From assembly GCF_963921235.1 (NCBI RefSeq), contig NC_086106.1, positions 20,150,001 to 20,214,000 of the forward strand: 64,000 bases of DNA, read 5' to 3'. The DNA is from Mobula hypostoma (lineage: Eukaryota). The notes beneath the pieces are model-generated. The model was not told the origin of the DNA. It did not search any database and saw only the letters and a list, made by a program, of their open reading frames with translations. Shown one piece after another: positions 27,415 through 39,916 of the stretch. A program made the position numbers and the translations under genes. Numbering within the stretch: the first letter of the stretch is position 1; each line of letters begins with the position of its first letter.

Positions 27415-28280
27415 TGTTACGTATCCAATAAGTGGGTTGCCAAACCAGCAGAAATGGATCACTCAGTTGGAGTCTGGATTACTAGAACTAAGAAAGTTTT
27501 ATTAAAGAAACAAGCAACACAGTACTCTAATCAAAAGGATAATAAATGCAACAGTTCAGCAATGATAAACACACATGTACACAGAATTAAGATAACAGGA
27601 TTAATCAAGCTCTATCGTTGTCTAGGGGTAAATGACCAGTTTCAAAGTGATGCAAAGTTCAGTTCAATTTAGTTCAGTTCAGTTTGCAGTAATCATTGCC
27701 ATGGCAATGGACAGTGGGGGGAAGGAGAGAGAGAGCAAAACGAATGAATATTCAAAAACAGCTTCCACACACAGACCTTCGCAGTCAGCTTTCGGATGAG
27801 TCCTTTGTGATGTCATCTGAGGTCACCGACCGTGACCCCTCCGTTTCCAGATGCGATTGTTTCCCTGCACTGAACCTGACACCCAGGCAAGGGTGGACAC
27901 ACACCAGGTTCCCGCCGATCGTGCCTTTCCACCCTGTGCGTTTATGGCCCGGTACTTCCCACCGACTTGTGAGAGATGCACCGCTTCCAGGGTCTTGTTA
28001 CCTTGGGTGTCGTGTGTGTCCTGCCTTAGTGAACCTGTCCCTTTTTATCCCCCTGCTGGCGTATCGCCTGTCCATCACTTCAAACAGTTCAGGATTCAAA
28101 GGGGGAGCCGCTCTTGACAGCCCCCTCCTTCTGTTACTCTCTCTCCCGTCCCTTCATTACACATCTCCAAATGCTGCTCCATTGTTTTCCTTAACTCTCT
28201 CTCTCCTGAAGACAGGTGGCAGACCAACTGCTGATCACACAGGACAGCGAACATCTTAATCTATATGTATTCTTGTCACA
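27415..28280. mobile_element. Solo LTR (866 bp)
   Basis: TGTTAC...GTCACA termini; 4-bp TSD GTCC (27411-27414 / 28281-28284); interrupts a CR1 ORF. Confidence 0.8.
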
Positions 28281-28917
28281 GTCCCAAGAAGATAAAGTAT
28301 TCTAAAGGCAGGATGATGCATGTATGCCGACAAGGGAAGTCAAAAACAACATAAAAACCAAAGGCAGGGCGTATAATTGAACAAAAATGAGTGGGAAGTT
28401 AGAGGATTGGGAAACTTTTAAAAATGTGGAAGGCAACTAAAAAGCCATAAGGATGGAAAATATGGAATATGATGGTAAGCTAGCCTATTATCTCAAAGAG
28501 GATATTGAAACTTATTCACATAAATAAAGAGTAGATATTGGGCTACTGGAAAATGATGCTGGAGATGTAGTAAAGGGGGCGAAGGAAATGAAAGATGAAT
28601 TAAATAAGTATTTTGCATCCACCTTCATTGGAAGACACCAAAAGTATGCCAGAAGTTCGAGAGTGTCATCGGACTGAAGAGAGTGCAATTGCCATTACTA
28701 GGGATAAAGGTGCTTTGGAAGCTGAAAGGTCTGAAGGTAGGTAAATCACCTGGACCAGATGAACTACACCCAGGGTTCCGAAAGAGATAGCTGAAGAGAG
28801 TGTGGAGCCATTAAAATAATCTTTCAAGAATCACTAGATTCTGGCATGGTTCCAGACAACTGGAACAGTGCAAATGTGACTCCACAAATTAAGAGGGAGA
28901 GAGGCAGAAGAATTAAA

Positions 28918-29480
28918 TTATTCGTCGAGCACCTCAACTCCGTCCACCACAACAGACGGGATATCCCGGTAGCCAACAACTTCAACTCTGCTTCCCGTTC
29001 CCATTCAGATATGTCCATACATGGCCTCCTCTACTGCCATGATGAAGCTAAACTCAGGTTGGAGGAGCAACACCTCATATACCATCTAGGTAGTCTCCAG
29101 CCCCTTGGTATGACCATAGAATTCTCCAACTTCCAGTAATTCCCTCCCCCTCCATTCCTCTATCCCTATTTCACTCTACCCCCTCCCCCAGCTCCCTCAT
29201 GGTTCAGCCTCCTTCTTCTCCAACCCACTGTTTGCAGGGCTATGACGTCAATGCTTCCCCTCCCCCACCCCTTTGTCTTTCAAATTACTGGTCTTTCAAC
29301 TGAAGCTACAAGAATTCTTCAAATCCTTCCCCATCTTTCATTCTTCAGTCCTGACGAAGGGTTCCGGCCCGAAACGTCGACTCATCGTTTCTGACTGATG
29401 CTGCCCGACTTGCTGAGTTCATCCAGTGTTCTGAAAGTGTTGCTTTGATCTCTTGCAGCATCTGCAGATTATTTTGTGTT
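28918..29480 (+). mobile_element. Penelope-like element 3' end (GIY-YIG C-terminus + terminal repeat)
   Basis: EHLNSVH..PVANNFNS..RLEEQHLIYHLGSLQPLGMTIEFSNF; terminal CTGACGAAGGGTTCCGGCCCGAAACGTCGAC motif. Confidence 0.8.
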
Positions 29481-31029
29481 TGTAGTGAATTATAGGCCAG
29501 TTGGCCTAACCTCAGAGTTTCGGAAAATATTGGAGTCAATTATTAAGGCTGAGGTCTCAAGGTACTTGGAGATAAGTGATAAAATAGGCAAAAGTCAGCA
29601 TGGTTTCCTTAAGGGAAAATCTTGCTTGAAAAATCTGTTGGAATCCATTGTGGAAATGGCAGGCAGGACAGGTGAAGGAGGATTAGTGGATGTTACATAC
29701 TTAGATTTCCAGAAGACCTTAGACAAGGTACTGCTCACGAGACTGTTTACCAAGATAAGAGACCATTGTATTAGAGGAAAGATACTAGCATGGACAGAGG
29801 ATTGACTGATTGGTAGGAGGCAAACTGTGAGAATAAATAGAATCTTTTATGGGTGATATGTCCATGACTAGTCAGTGACTAGTGTTGTCTGCAGGAGTCA
29901 CTGTTGGGACCACTTCTTCTTATGTTACATGTCAACGATTTGGATAATGGAATTCATGGTTTTGTGGCCAAGTTTGTGGCCAATATGAAGACAGATGGAG
30001 GAGCAAGTTGTGTTAATGAAGCAGGGAGGGTGCAGAAGAACTTAGACAGATTAGGAGAATGAGCAAAGAAGTGACAGATGGAACAGAGTACTGGGAAGTA
30101 TATGGTCATACACTTTGGTTGGAGAAACCAAAGTGTAGACTATTTTCTAAATAAGCAGAAAATTAAAACATTCTGAGGTGCAAAGGAACTTGGGAATCTT
30201 CATGCAGAATTCCCTAAAGGGTAATCTGTAGGTTGAATCAAAGGTGAGGAAGGCAAATGCAATGTTAGCATTTATTTGGAGAGGACTAGAATATAAAACC
30301 AAAGATGTAATGCTTAGGTTTTATAAGGACTGGTGAGGCCTCACTTGGAATACTATGAGCGGTCTTGGGCATTTCATTTAAGAAAGGTTGTGCTGACATT
30401 GGAGAGGATTCAGAGGGGGTTTCACAAGAATGTTTCTAGGAATGAAAGGGTTCTGGCTCCTCATCTTTTTCCCAGTGTTGATGAAGGGTCTTGGTCTGAA
30501 ACATCGACTGTACTCTTGTACTCTTTTCCATTGATACTTCCTGGCCTGCTGAATTCTTCCAGCTTTTTGTGTGAGTTGCTTGGATTTCCAGCAACTGCAG
30601 ATTTTCTCTTGTTTGAGCTGTCATATAAGGAGTGTTTGATGCATTTTAGGTCTGTACTCACTGCAATTTAGAAGAATGAGGAGGGAACTAATTGAAACCC
30701 ATCAAATGTGGAAAGGCAGAGACAGAACAGATATTTCTATAGTTGGGGATTCTAGGAGCAGAGGGCACAGCCTCAGATTAGAGGATGTGCATTTAGAATA
30801 GAGATCTGATGGAATTTCTTTTGGCAAAGGATGGTGAATTTGTGCAATTTGTTGTCTCAGGTGGCTGTGGAAGCCAGGTCATTGGGTGTACTTAAGGCAA
30901 AGGTTGATAGTTTCATGATTAGTCAATGTGTGAAAGGTTATGGGGAGAAGGTGGGAGAATGGGATTGAGAGGCAAAAAGGATCAGCAGAACATGCTTAGT
31001 GAGACAAATGGTTTAGTTCTGCTCCTCTC

Positions 31030-32455
31030 TGTTGTGGTCTTATGGTATTTACAGAGGGTCAAGGGAGTGCTGTCAGTACTTTCAGGAGGTCCCCTTGGGA
31101 GTGTGTCAGTTTTTACAGGAGCCCCATGGAGCTTGGCAGCACTTAAAGGGGAATCCATGGAGTGTGCCTGTATTTACAGGGGGCCTTGCGGAGTGTGTCA
31201 GTATTCACATCAGACCTAGGGGGTGTGGTAGTATTTACAGGGGGTTCTATGGACTATAACATTTAGTAAGAATGTCTTTGGTATTGTAACAGTTTTTAAC
31301 AGATGCACTGGGAAGTGTGTCAGCACTTACAGGGGGTTTTAAGCAGTGTGCCAGTGTTTACATGACATCCTGTGGAGTGTGTCAGTATAGACAGGGGGTC
31401 CCAGAGAGTGCTTGTCAGTATAGACAGGGGGTCCCAGAGAGTGTGTGTCCATATAGACAGGTGGTCTCAGAGAGGTTGTGTCAGTATAGACAGGGGGTCT
31501 CAGAGAATCTGTGTCATCCTGGTGTGTGTGTCTGTATTTACATCATGTCTCTGGGTAGTGTGTCATTACTTACAAGGGTCCTTTGGAATATGACTGCTTT
31601 TACTGGCAGTTTGTGGAGGGTGTCATTATTTTTAGTGGGTTCTGGTAAGTGATTTCCAGGGGATCCTGGGGAGTGTGTCAGTATTTCCAGAGGTACTGTG
31701 GAGTGTGTTAGTGTTTTCAGGGGCACCGGGGACCTTGGCAGTATTTACAGTGGGGCCCTGGGAATGTCCAGAGATTTACTGAGTTTCACTGTGGGGTCCC
31801 GGGGAGTGGGTCAGTATTTGTAGAGGTACCAGGCAGTGTCTCAGCACATACAGGGTGTCCCAAGGAGTGTGCCAGTATTTAAAGGGAATTCTAAGGAGTG
31901 TGTCAATATTACATAGGGTCCAAGGGTGTGCAATGATATTTATAGGGGTTCAAGAGAGTGTGCCAGTAGTTACAGGGGGTCCTGGGAGGATTAGTATCTA
32001 CAAGGGCTTCTGGAGAGAGTGTCAATATTTACAAGGGGATTTGGGGAGAATGGTAGGATCAATATCGGTGTTGGTGAGAGTGCCTGTATTTACTAGGGGT
32101 GCCGGGGGAATGTTTCTGTATTTACAGTGTGTCCCTGGGTGTTGTTTTCGTATTTACAGGGAAACCTTGGAGAGATTGTCAGTTTATGCAGGGGGCTCCA
32201 GGGAAGATGCCACTATTTACAGGATGTCCTGGGAGTGGGTCTGTATTGACAGTGTGCCCTTGTCAAGTTTGTCAGTATTTATATCGGTTTACCATGGCAT
32301 GTTTCAGTGTTTTTAGGGAGGGGTCCAGGATGTGTGTTAGTATTTATAGGGTGTCCTGGGGAGTGGTTTTGTATTTACAGGAAGTCCTAGGACAGTGTAT
32401 CAATATTTACAGGGGCTCTCAGTGAGCTGGTCAGTATTTATTGAAGGTCCTGAGG
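31030..32455. repeat. Degenerate ~30-bp G-rich minisatellite
   Basis: Consensus about GGGAGTGTGTCAGTATTTACAGGGGGTCCT, tens of copies. Further units at ~26420-26510 and ~34430-34470. Confidence 0.85.
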
Positions 32456-32459
32456 AGTA

Positions 32460-34415
32460 TCACACACAAAATTGTTGGAGGAACTCAGCAGGTCAGGCAG
32501 CATCTGTGGATATGAATAAACAGTTGACATTTTGGGCTGAGACCCTTCAACACCGAGAAGGAAGGGGGAAGATGCCAGAATAGAAAGGTGTTGGGGGGGA
32601 AGGGGAAGGAGGCTAGCTGGAAGGTGATAGGTGAAGCCAGGTGTGTGGGAAAGATCAGAGCTGGAGAAAAATGAATCTGATCAGGAGAGAAGAGTGGACT
32701 ATAGGAGAAAGAAAATGAGGAAGGGACCCAGAGGGAGATGATAGGCAGGTGAGAAGAGATAAAAGGTCAGAGTGGGGAATAGAAGGGAGGTGTTGATATT
32801 TTTCTACCGGAAGGAGAAATTGATATTCATGTTTCCAGATTGGAGACTCCCAGATGGAATATAAGGTGTTGTTCCTCCACCCTGAGGGTGCCCTCACCTA
32901 GTACAAGAAGAGGCCAAGGACCGACATGCTGGAACGGGAATAGCAGTTGGAATTAAAATAGTTGTCCACTGGGAAATTCCGCTTGTGGTGGATGGAGTGG
33001 CGGTGCTCGATAAAGTGGTTTCTCAATTGACGACAGGTCTCACCAGTGTAGGGGAGGCCACATCGGAAGCACTGGATTCAATAGATGACCACAAAAGATT
33101 CACTGGTGAGATGTTGCCTGACCGGCAAGGACTGCTTGCTTCCCTGAATGGAGCTGAGGGAGGAGGTGAATGGGAAGATGTAGCACTTTGGCTGCTAGCA
33201 GGGATGTGCCAGGAGGGAGATTAGTGAGGAGGGACCAATGGACAAGGGAATCACAGAAAGTGGAGGGGGTAGAGGTAAAGATATGTTTAATGATAAGATC
33301 CCTTTGGTGATAGCGGAACTTGAGGAGGGTGATGTGTCGTATTTGGAGGCTAATTGGGTGGTAGGTCAGGACAAGAATAATTCTGTCACTGTTAAGTCAG
33401 CAGGAAGATGAGGCAAGTGCTGCTGTTTAGGAAATAAAGAAAATGCAGGTGAGAGCATCATCAATAGTGGAGAGATGGAAACCCCGTTCTTTAAAGAAGG
33501 GGGTCATCTCTGACGTCCTGCAATGGAAAGTTGCTTCCTGGGAACAGATGCAATGGAGGTGAAGGAACTGAGAAAAGGGTATATCATTTTTACAGGCGAT
33601 AGGGTGGGAAGATGTACAGTCAAGATAAACATGGGAGTCAGTAGGTTTATAAAAGATGTTGGTTTATAAATGTTCGTCTCCAGATATGGAAGCAGAGAAA
33701 TTGCAAAATGAGAAGGAAGTGTCAGAGATGGATCAAGTAAATTTTAGGGCAGGGTGGAACTTAGAGGCGAAGTTGATGAAACTGATGCACTCTGCATGAG
33801 TGCATCAAGCAGCACCATTGCAGTCGTCAATGTAGCGGAGGAAAGGTTGGGGAGTATTACCAGGGAAAGCTTTGGACGTGAATTGTTCTAGTAGCCCATG
33901 AAGAGGCAAACATATCTGGGGCCCATGAGGGTGCCTGTGGCTACCACAGAGTATGGAGAAAGTGGGAGGAGCTGAAGGAAATATTGCTGAGGGTGAGGGC
34001 CAGTTCTACCAGAAGGAGGAAGGTGGTGCTGGAGGGGAATTGGTTGGTTCTTTTATTGAGAAAGAAGTGCAGAGATTTAAGGCACTTGTGCTGGGAGATT
34101 TAGGAGCTGGATATCCATGGTGAAAATGAGGTAGTCAGGCCCAGGGAATTGAAAGCTACTGAGGAGACTGAAAGTATGAGAAGTGAAACAGATGTAGGTG
34201 GGAAGGGACTGAAACAAGGGGGTAGAATGCAGTCAGGGTATGAGGACACAAGTTCAGTGGGGCAGGAGCAGACAGAGCCAATAGGCCTGCCCTGACTGTC
34301 ATGTTTGTAGGTCTCGGGTAGGAGGTAGAAGAGAGTAGTGCGGGGCAATGGAACTATGTGTTTGGTGGCAGCAGATGGGAGTTCCCCAGAGTTGATGAGG
34401 TCAGTGTTGGTAGAT
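32460..34415 (-). mobile_element. Penelope-like element (RT/GIY-YIG remnants) inserted in the minisatellite
   Basis: DLINSGELPSAA..FYLLPETYKH..GRPIGSVCSCPTELVSSY; terminal repeat at the left end. Confidence 0.75.
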
Positions 34416-34977
34416 ATTGAGTGATGGTACATGTCTATATTTTACAGTGGGTTCCTGGGGAGTTTGGAGGACTGATCATTATTGGAACATTTTCTCTGTG
34501 CCTTTTTTACTTTTAATATTTAAGTGCTACAGAATCTGTGCACATTTTCAGGCAGGTAAGTGCTTGCTCAGTGGGTTCAGTAGCGTCATTGTGTGGTGTT
34601 TACGGTCAGTTCTGTGGGAATCTCGCGAGGTCAGGAAGCATGTGTGTAAGATAAACAAATGTTACGGTTTTAACAGCAAAGACCTTCAGCGCATTTGCTC
34701 TGATGTGAGGTCTCCCAACAGAAGTGTAAACTCTGTCTCTCACCAAAGCCATTGCCTGGCAGCTCCTGTTTTTGTTTGTACGTTGAGGTTAGTGACTGAG
34801 CATGGAAACATGCCCTTTGGTCCACTGAGTCTGTGATCGCGAACAGTTTCCACTGACACCAATTACTCTCACCATCTACACTTTAGCTCCAATTCATGAA
34901 CATTACTCCTGGAAATGGGAGAAGGTAGCTCACTCTCTCCCTAGGTAAACAGAGGGGGACATCTCACACATAATCAC

Positions 34978-35092
34978 AGCTAGCGTACAGAGATGTTCCC
35001 AACAGGACTGAAGCAATCAGGTATAAGTCCGTCCTGGCATCCATGGCCCCGTGTTTATAAGTTACTACCTTCTGACCTCATCGCGGATTGTA
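34978..35092 (-). CDS. Possible signal-peptide exon (MDARTDLYLIASVLLGTSLYAS)
   Basis: CTTACAG acceptor below a long pyrimidine tract; Kozak GCCATGG (ATG 35044-35042); 22 hydrophobic-core codons + 1 nt, then a weak GTGATT donor. No downstream exon identified. Confidence 0.3.
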
Positions 35093-35119
35093 CTGTAAGC
35101 ACACACCATGCGGAGATGA

Positions 35120-35124
<5 letters not shown>

Positions 35125-35169
<45 letters not shown>

Positions 35170-35988
35170 TCAGAGAGAGACAGAGGTAGGGAGAGGGAGG
35201 GAGGGAGAGAGAGGGTGAGAGAGAGTGAAGAGTGATGAAGAGAAAAAGGGAAGCAGCGGAGAAAGAGGTGGAGAGAAGGTAAAAGAATCAGATGGGAAGA
35301 GTGAAAGAGAACAGAGAAATGAAGGCAAAGAGAGAAAAAGACAGACAAAGATAGAGGCAGGGAGAGGGAGAGAGGGAAAGAAAGATAGCAGGGAGAGAGA
35401 CAGAGAGACAAAGAGAGAAGACAGCGTGGGCACAGTGACAAAACAAGAGAATGCAGACTGAGAATAATGCAGTGAGAGAGAGGCAGGAGGAGAGATTGGC
35501 GGAAAGAGACAGAAACATGCAGGCGAAGAGAGCAAGAGAGAGATGCAGAGTGGGAGATGTAGAGAGAATGGCAGAAAGAGGCAGAGAGAGAGAAGCAGAC
35601 AGAGAGAAAGTGAGTCTGAGAGAAAGAGAGGAATGCAGAGACAGGGCAGAGTGGCAAATGCAGAGAGTGAGACAGAGAGGGAGAAGGAGAGCGAGACAGA
35701 GAAGTAAACAGGGAGGCAGAGAAAAGGTGAGGCAGAGTTGGAGAGAAGCAGAAAGTTGAATGGAGAGAGTCGATGGAGAGAGGGGGACAGAATGGAAGAG
35801 TGAGAGAAATGCAGAGAAAGGGGTGCAGTAAAAGGGGTTCAGCAAGACAGCTTCAGAGTAAGAGGCAGAAAGAGGCAGATGAAGATGGCGAGCTGGACAG
35901 AGAAAGAGAGAGCAAGGCAGAGGGAGAGGGGGCAGAGTAAAAAGCAAAGTAAGAGGCAGGCGGAGGGGCAATGGGGAAGAGATACAGA
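35125..35988. repeat. (AG)n microsatellite plus an ~860-nt strongly purine-skewed low-complexity tract
   Basis: Pure AG dinucleotide run at ~35127-35165, then GA-rich sequence up to the N gap. Confidence 0.9.
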
Positions 35989-37058
35989 NNNNNNNNNNNN
36001 NNNNNNNNNNNNNNNNNNNNNNNNNNNNNNNNNNNNNNNNNNNNNNNNNNNNNNNNNNNNNNNNNNNNNNNNNNNNNNNNNNNNNNNNNNNNNNNNNNNN
36101 NNNNNNNNNNNNNNNNNNNNNNNNNNNNNNNNNNNNNNNNNNNNNNNNNNNNNNNNNNNNNNNNNNNNNNNNNNNNNNNNNNNNNNNNNNNNNNNNNNNN
36201 NNNNNNNNNNNNNNNNNNNNNNNNNNNNNNNNNNNNNNNNNNNNNNNNNNNNNNNNNNNNNNNNNNNNNNNNNNNGGGACNNNNNNNNNNNNNNNNNNNN
36301 NNNNNNNNNNNNNNNNNNNNNNNNNNNNNNNNNNNNNNNNNNNNNNNNNNNNNNNNNNNNNNNNNNNNNNNNNNNNNNNNNNNNNNNNNNNNNNNNNNNN
36401 NNNNNNNNNNNNNNNNNNNNNNNNNNNNNNNNNNNNNNNNNNNNNNNNNNNNNNNNNNNNNNNNNNNNNNNNNNNNNNNNNNNNNNNNNNNNNNNNNNNN
36501 NNNNNNNNNNNNNNNNNNNNNNNNNNNNNNNNNNNNNNNNNNNNNNNNNNNNNNNNNNNNNNNNNNNNNNNNNNNNNNNNNNNNNNNNNNNNNNNNNNNN
36601 NNNNNNNNNNGAGCTGTGAATGTTTTACAGTCCTGGTATACAAATAGACCACCTCCAGTCAAGTTCAGCGGAGAATTTGACTCAGAGTTACAATTGGGGA
36701 ATTTGATATGAGTTCTCCTGACTGTAATGTGTCCAGATGGAAAATAGTTTGTTTCGTTCACGTATCCTTGAAACAGTGCGAAGAGGTCATCGTGAGAGTG
36801 GGGTGGGAAATGAAAGTGACAGGTCGCTGCTGACGTCTGAGTGCAGTAGCCACGCCAAGAGATGGCCCAGTCCGTGACCTGGTCCTGGTTTCTCCCGTCT
36901 CGGGAACTTCATTGTGAACACTGCCTGTNNNNNNNNNNNNNNNNNNNNNNNNNNNNNNNNNNNNNNNNNNNNNNNNNNNNNNNNNNNNNNNNNNNNNNNN
37001 NNNNNNNNNNNNNNNNNNNNNNNNNNNNNNNNNNNNNNNNNNNNNNNNNNNNNNNNNN
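35989..37058. other. Assembly gaps (N runs 35989-36610 and 36929-37058)
   Basis: N characters. The 318-bp island between the gaps is not anchored by contiguous sequence. Confidence 1.
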
Positions 37059-37079
37059 GGGTGTTTGCTCTTTGCAATT

Positions 37080-37500
37080 TTCAAACCGCCCACTTGCGGT
37101 CCAACGGACTCCCCCCACCCCCCAGCGTGCGCCAGCTGAGGACTGGTCCTAGCCTCTTCAAGGCAGTGGAAACTATACGTCTTTGAGATACTTTCCATTG
37201 CCCGACACCTGCTGACTGACCCACTTTCCGGGACGCACTGAGTTCCCGCAGCCCGGTTCTTTGCTTCCGGCGAACGCGTGTCTAAGTGGGTCAAACGCTC
37301 AGAAGAGTCGGGCTGGGGGGAAGGCTGCGAATGACGCTGCCTTGCCATTCAGCAGGAAGGGGAGACGGGCGACATCAACAACCGCAGGTTTCGGGTGTTT
37401 GCAGCTACAACAGGAAGTGAGATAACGATCACCTGCAACTTATGAGAAAAACATGTTTATTTCTTTGCGCTGAGAGACTTCCTCCCGTTGCCTGTCTCAC
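37080..37500. promoter_or_regulatory. CpG-rich lymphoid-TF motif cluster; candidate TCRα 3' enhancer (or CpG promoter)
   Basis: RUNX TGCGGT 37095-37100 and ACCGCA 37381-37386. ETS CTTCCGG 37264-37270, CAGGAAGT 37411-37418 and ACTTCCTC 37477-37484. GATA AGATAA 37420-37425. E-box CACCTG 37206-37211 and 37430-37435. About 5 kb 3' of the TRAC polyA signal. Confidence 0.45.
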
Positions 37501-38679
37501 TCAAGAAAAGAATAATTGGTTCACCGAGTTTCCCTCACGCAAATGGATTGTCCTTGAAGTGACAGGTGTCAATCCTTGTTTTGGAATAAAGTGCTAAAGG
37601 ATGTTCCGATAACTAATACACACACAAACACAGATACACGCACGCGTGCACACACACACAAACAAGCAACCAAAACAAAACACAGCTGCTGTTGTTTGGC
37701 CGGGATTGGACTTGTTGTCCCAAGCTGGCCTAAACCGGCAGCAGATAAGTTGTCTTGAGCCGGATTTTCCCACAGGGCGCTGGACGAACGAAAATAGCGG
37801 GTTGTGCAGCATCTGTGAAGGGAAACAGATAATCGACGTTTCAGGTTCAGGACATCGACTGTCCATTTCCCTCCACCGATGCTGCCTGCTCTGCTGAGGC
37901 CCCCAGGAACTGGCTTCATCGTACTGACTCACTTTCGGGGAGAACTCTTTGTCTCATGTTCTCGAAGTTTATCGGTTATTTACTTATTACTATTATTATT
38001 TCTTTTTGCATTTGCGCAGTCTGTTGGGTGCGGTGTTTCACGACTGTGACGATTGGATTTGCAGAATTTGCCCGCAAAAAATGATTCTCAAGTGATTAAT
38101 ATTTACTTTGACAATAAACGTATTTTGAACTTTGACCCGTTGGATGTGCAGTACTCCCTTGACGTCCCTCCTGCCTCAGCACCGGGCCTCCCGCAGTGCG
38201 GCGCTCCTCGCCTCTGCCTTATGCCCCGCAGTGCGGAGCAAACCTAGCGTTGCCTCATCACCAGTAGCCGGGTCTAGTAGACGCCTGTGCGCTGCAAGGT
38301 AAAAGCCGAGACAACACATAGAATGGCAATGAATCGGGACAAACTTTGAAGGTTTCGTGCATTGGAGATCGTTTTATTTCACAAAATATGAATTTTCGAC
38401 GTATCTTTCCTTCTGAAATGTGTTTTTTAAATTGGGTATTCGCGAATACATCTGAACTGGGCTATTGGATGAAAGTTTCCAATAAAAGTTAACACGATGA
38501 CCCAGTTTCTCTCCGTATATGCTGACTGATTTGCTGAGTGCTTCCTCATTAGTTTAAGATTTCCAACGTATACAGATGTTGTTTTAATTTTAAGTTTTTA
38601 ATACAGGTATCTTAAATGCTCTCGTCATCAGTAAGAGGAAAAGCCCATTTATGTCAGTAGACATTTCAGTTAACAGGGG

Positions 38680-38902
38680 GCTGTGGGGGCCTGAGGGAAT
38701 TACAGAGGCGGGTGGGCTGGAGAGATTACATGGTCAGAGAAGGGGTGAAGGAGCCGAGGGGTTTACAGAAATAACGAGAGGCGCCGGGCCCTTGGGGGTT
38801 ACATAGATAGGGAAGTATGTAGGGGCAGGGGCAGTGGGGTGGGATTACAATGGCACAGGGTGGTATAGGAGACAGTTCGGTTTACAGAGGCAGGAAGAGG
38901 TG

Positions 38903-38953
<51 letters not shown>

Positions 38954-39530
38954 TGGGGGGGGGGAGTTAAAAGGGATGATGGACCATATGGGATTACAGA
39001 GACAGGGAGAAGTGTATGGCCGAATAGTTTACTGAGATAAGGACGGGGAACGATGTAAGGGAAGCAAGGAGTTATAGAGATAAACCATGGTGTGGAGGCC
39101 CGAAAGGGCTATAAGAGACCGGGGAAGGGTGTAGAGATCTCAAAGTGTTATAGAGATAGGAAGCAGTATAGAGCCTGGAGGGGTTTACAGAGACGGGAGC
39201 AGTATAGGATCCAGAGGAGTTTACAGAGAAAGTGAGGTTTGTTAGGGCAGTGCGGGTTTACAGAGAAGAAAGAGGGGTGGGTCTCTGGAGGGAGTTACAG
39301 AAACAGGGAAGGTGTAGTGACCAGAGAGTTGGGAACTGGATGAGGGTTACAGAGATAGGGAACGCTTTAGGGGTACAGAGGAGGTTACAGGGATTGGAAA
39401 GGTGTAGGGGCTGGAGGGCGCTACAGAGAATGGGAAGGGTGTCGGGGAGGAGACAGGGAATGGTGAAGGAACTGGAGCGGTTTGCAGAGATGAGGTGGGG
39501 TATTGGGTCTGAGGACTTTGGAGGCAAGCG
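38680..39530. repeat. Degenerate purine-rich minisatellite (GGGTTACAGAGATAGG-like) with (GT)n
   Basis: TTACAGAGA core recurs about every 30-40 bp; (TG)n at ~38900-38950. Confidence 0.7.
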
Positions 39531-39686
39531 GGAATGTGATTTCTAAACGACCCAAAAGCAACAATCACAGATGCTGATAGTCTGAAGCAGGACATTAAAT
39601 GGGGAATAATTCGACCGGTGTTGCAGCATCTGAGAAGAGAGAAGCAGAATTCTCGTTTCAGGTTGAAGAACCTTCATCAGAATTTC

Positions 39687-39916
39687 AAAATTATAGTATT
39701 GCTTCAATAGGACACTAGAAGTAACTCCAACCTCCGTGATTTACCTCATAGAACGATAGAGTCATAGACCACAGTAATAGGCCCTTCGGCCCTATTCGTT
39801 TGTAAAATTATAGTATTGCTTCAATAGGACACTTGAAGTGTCTCTAACCACAATGACTTCTCTCATAGAATGATAGAGTCATAGAGCACATTAACAGGCC
39901 CTTGGGCCCGATTCGT
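39687..39916. repeat. 117-bp tandem duplication
   Basis: AAAATTATAGTATTGCTTCAATAGGACACT at 39687 and 39804, with similarity continuing through both units. Confidence 0.8.

Larger units (their letters stand above)
26640..30990 (+). mobile_element. CR1-type LINE carrying nested insertions
   Basis: Endonuclease (ILDWVLHNE..GGSDHN), NYRPVGLTS..SQHGFLKGKSC, RPHLEYY. Confidence 0.8.

Noticed and set aside
35166-36761. Long ORFs (454, 302 and 246 aa)
   Set aside because: Artefacts of the GA/CT low-complexity tract and N runs.
38152-38298. Plus-strand 147-nt exon with a transit-peptide-like open frame
   Set aside because: The acceptor lacks a pyrimidine tract and follows a LINE tail. No compatible partner exons could be established.
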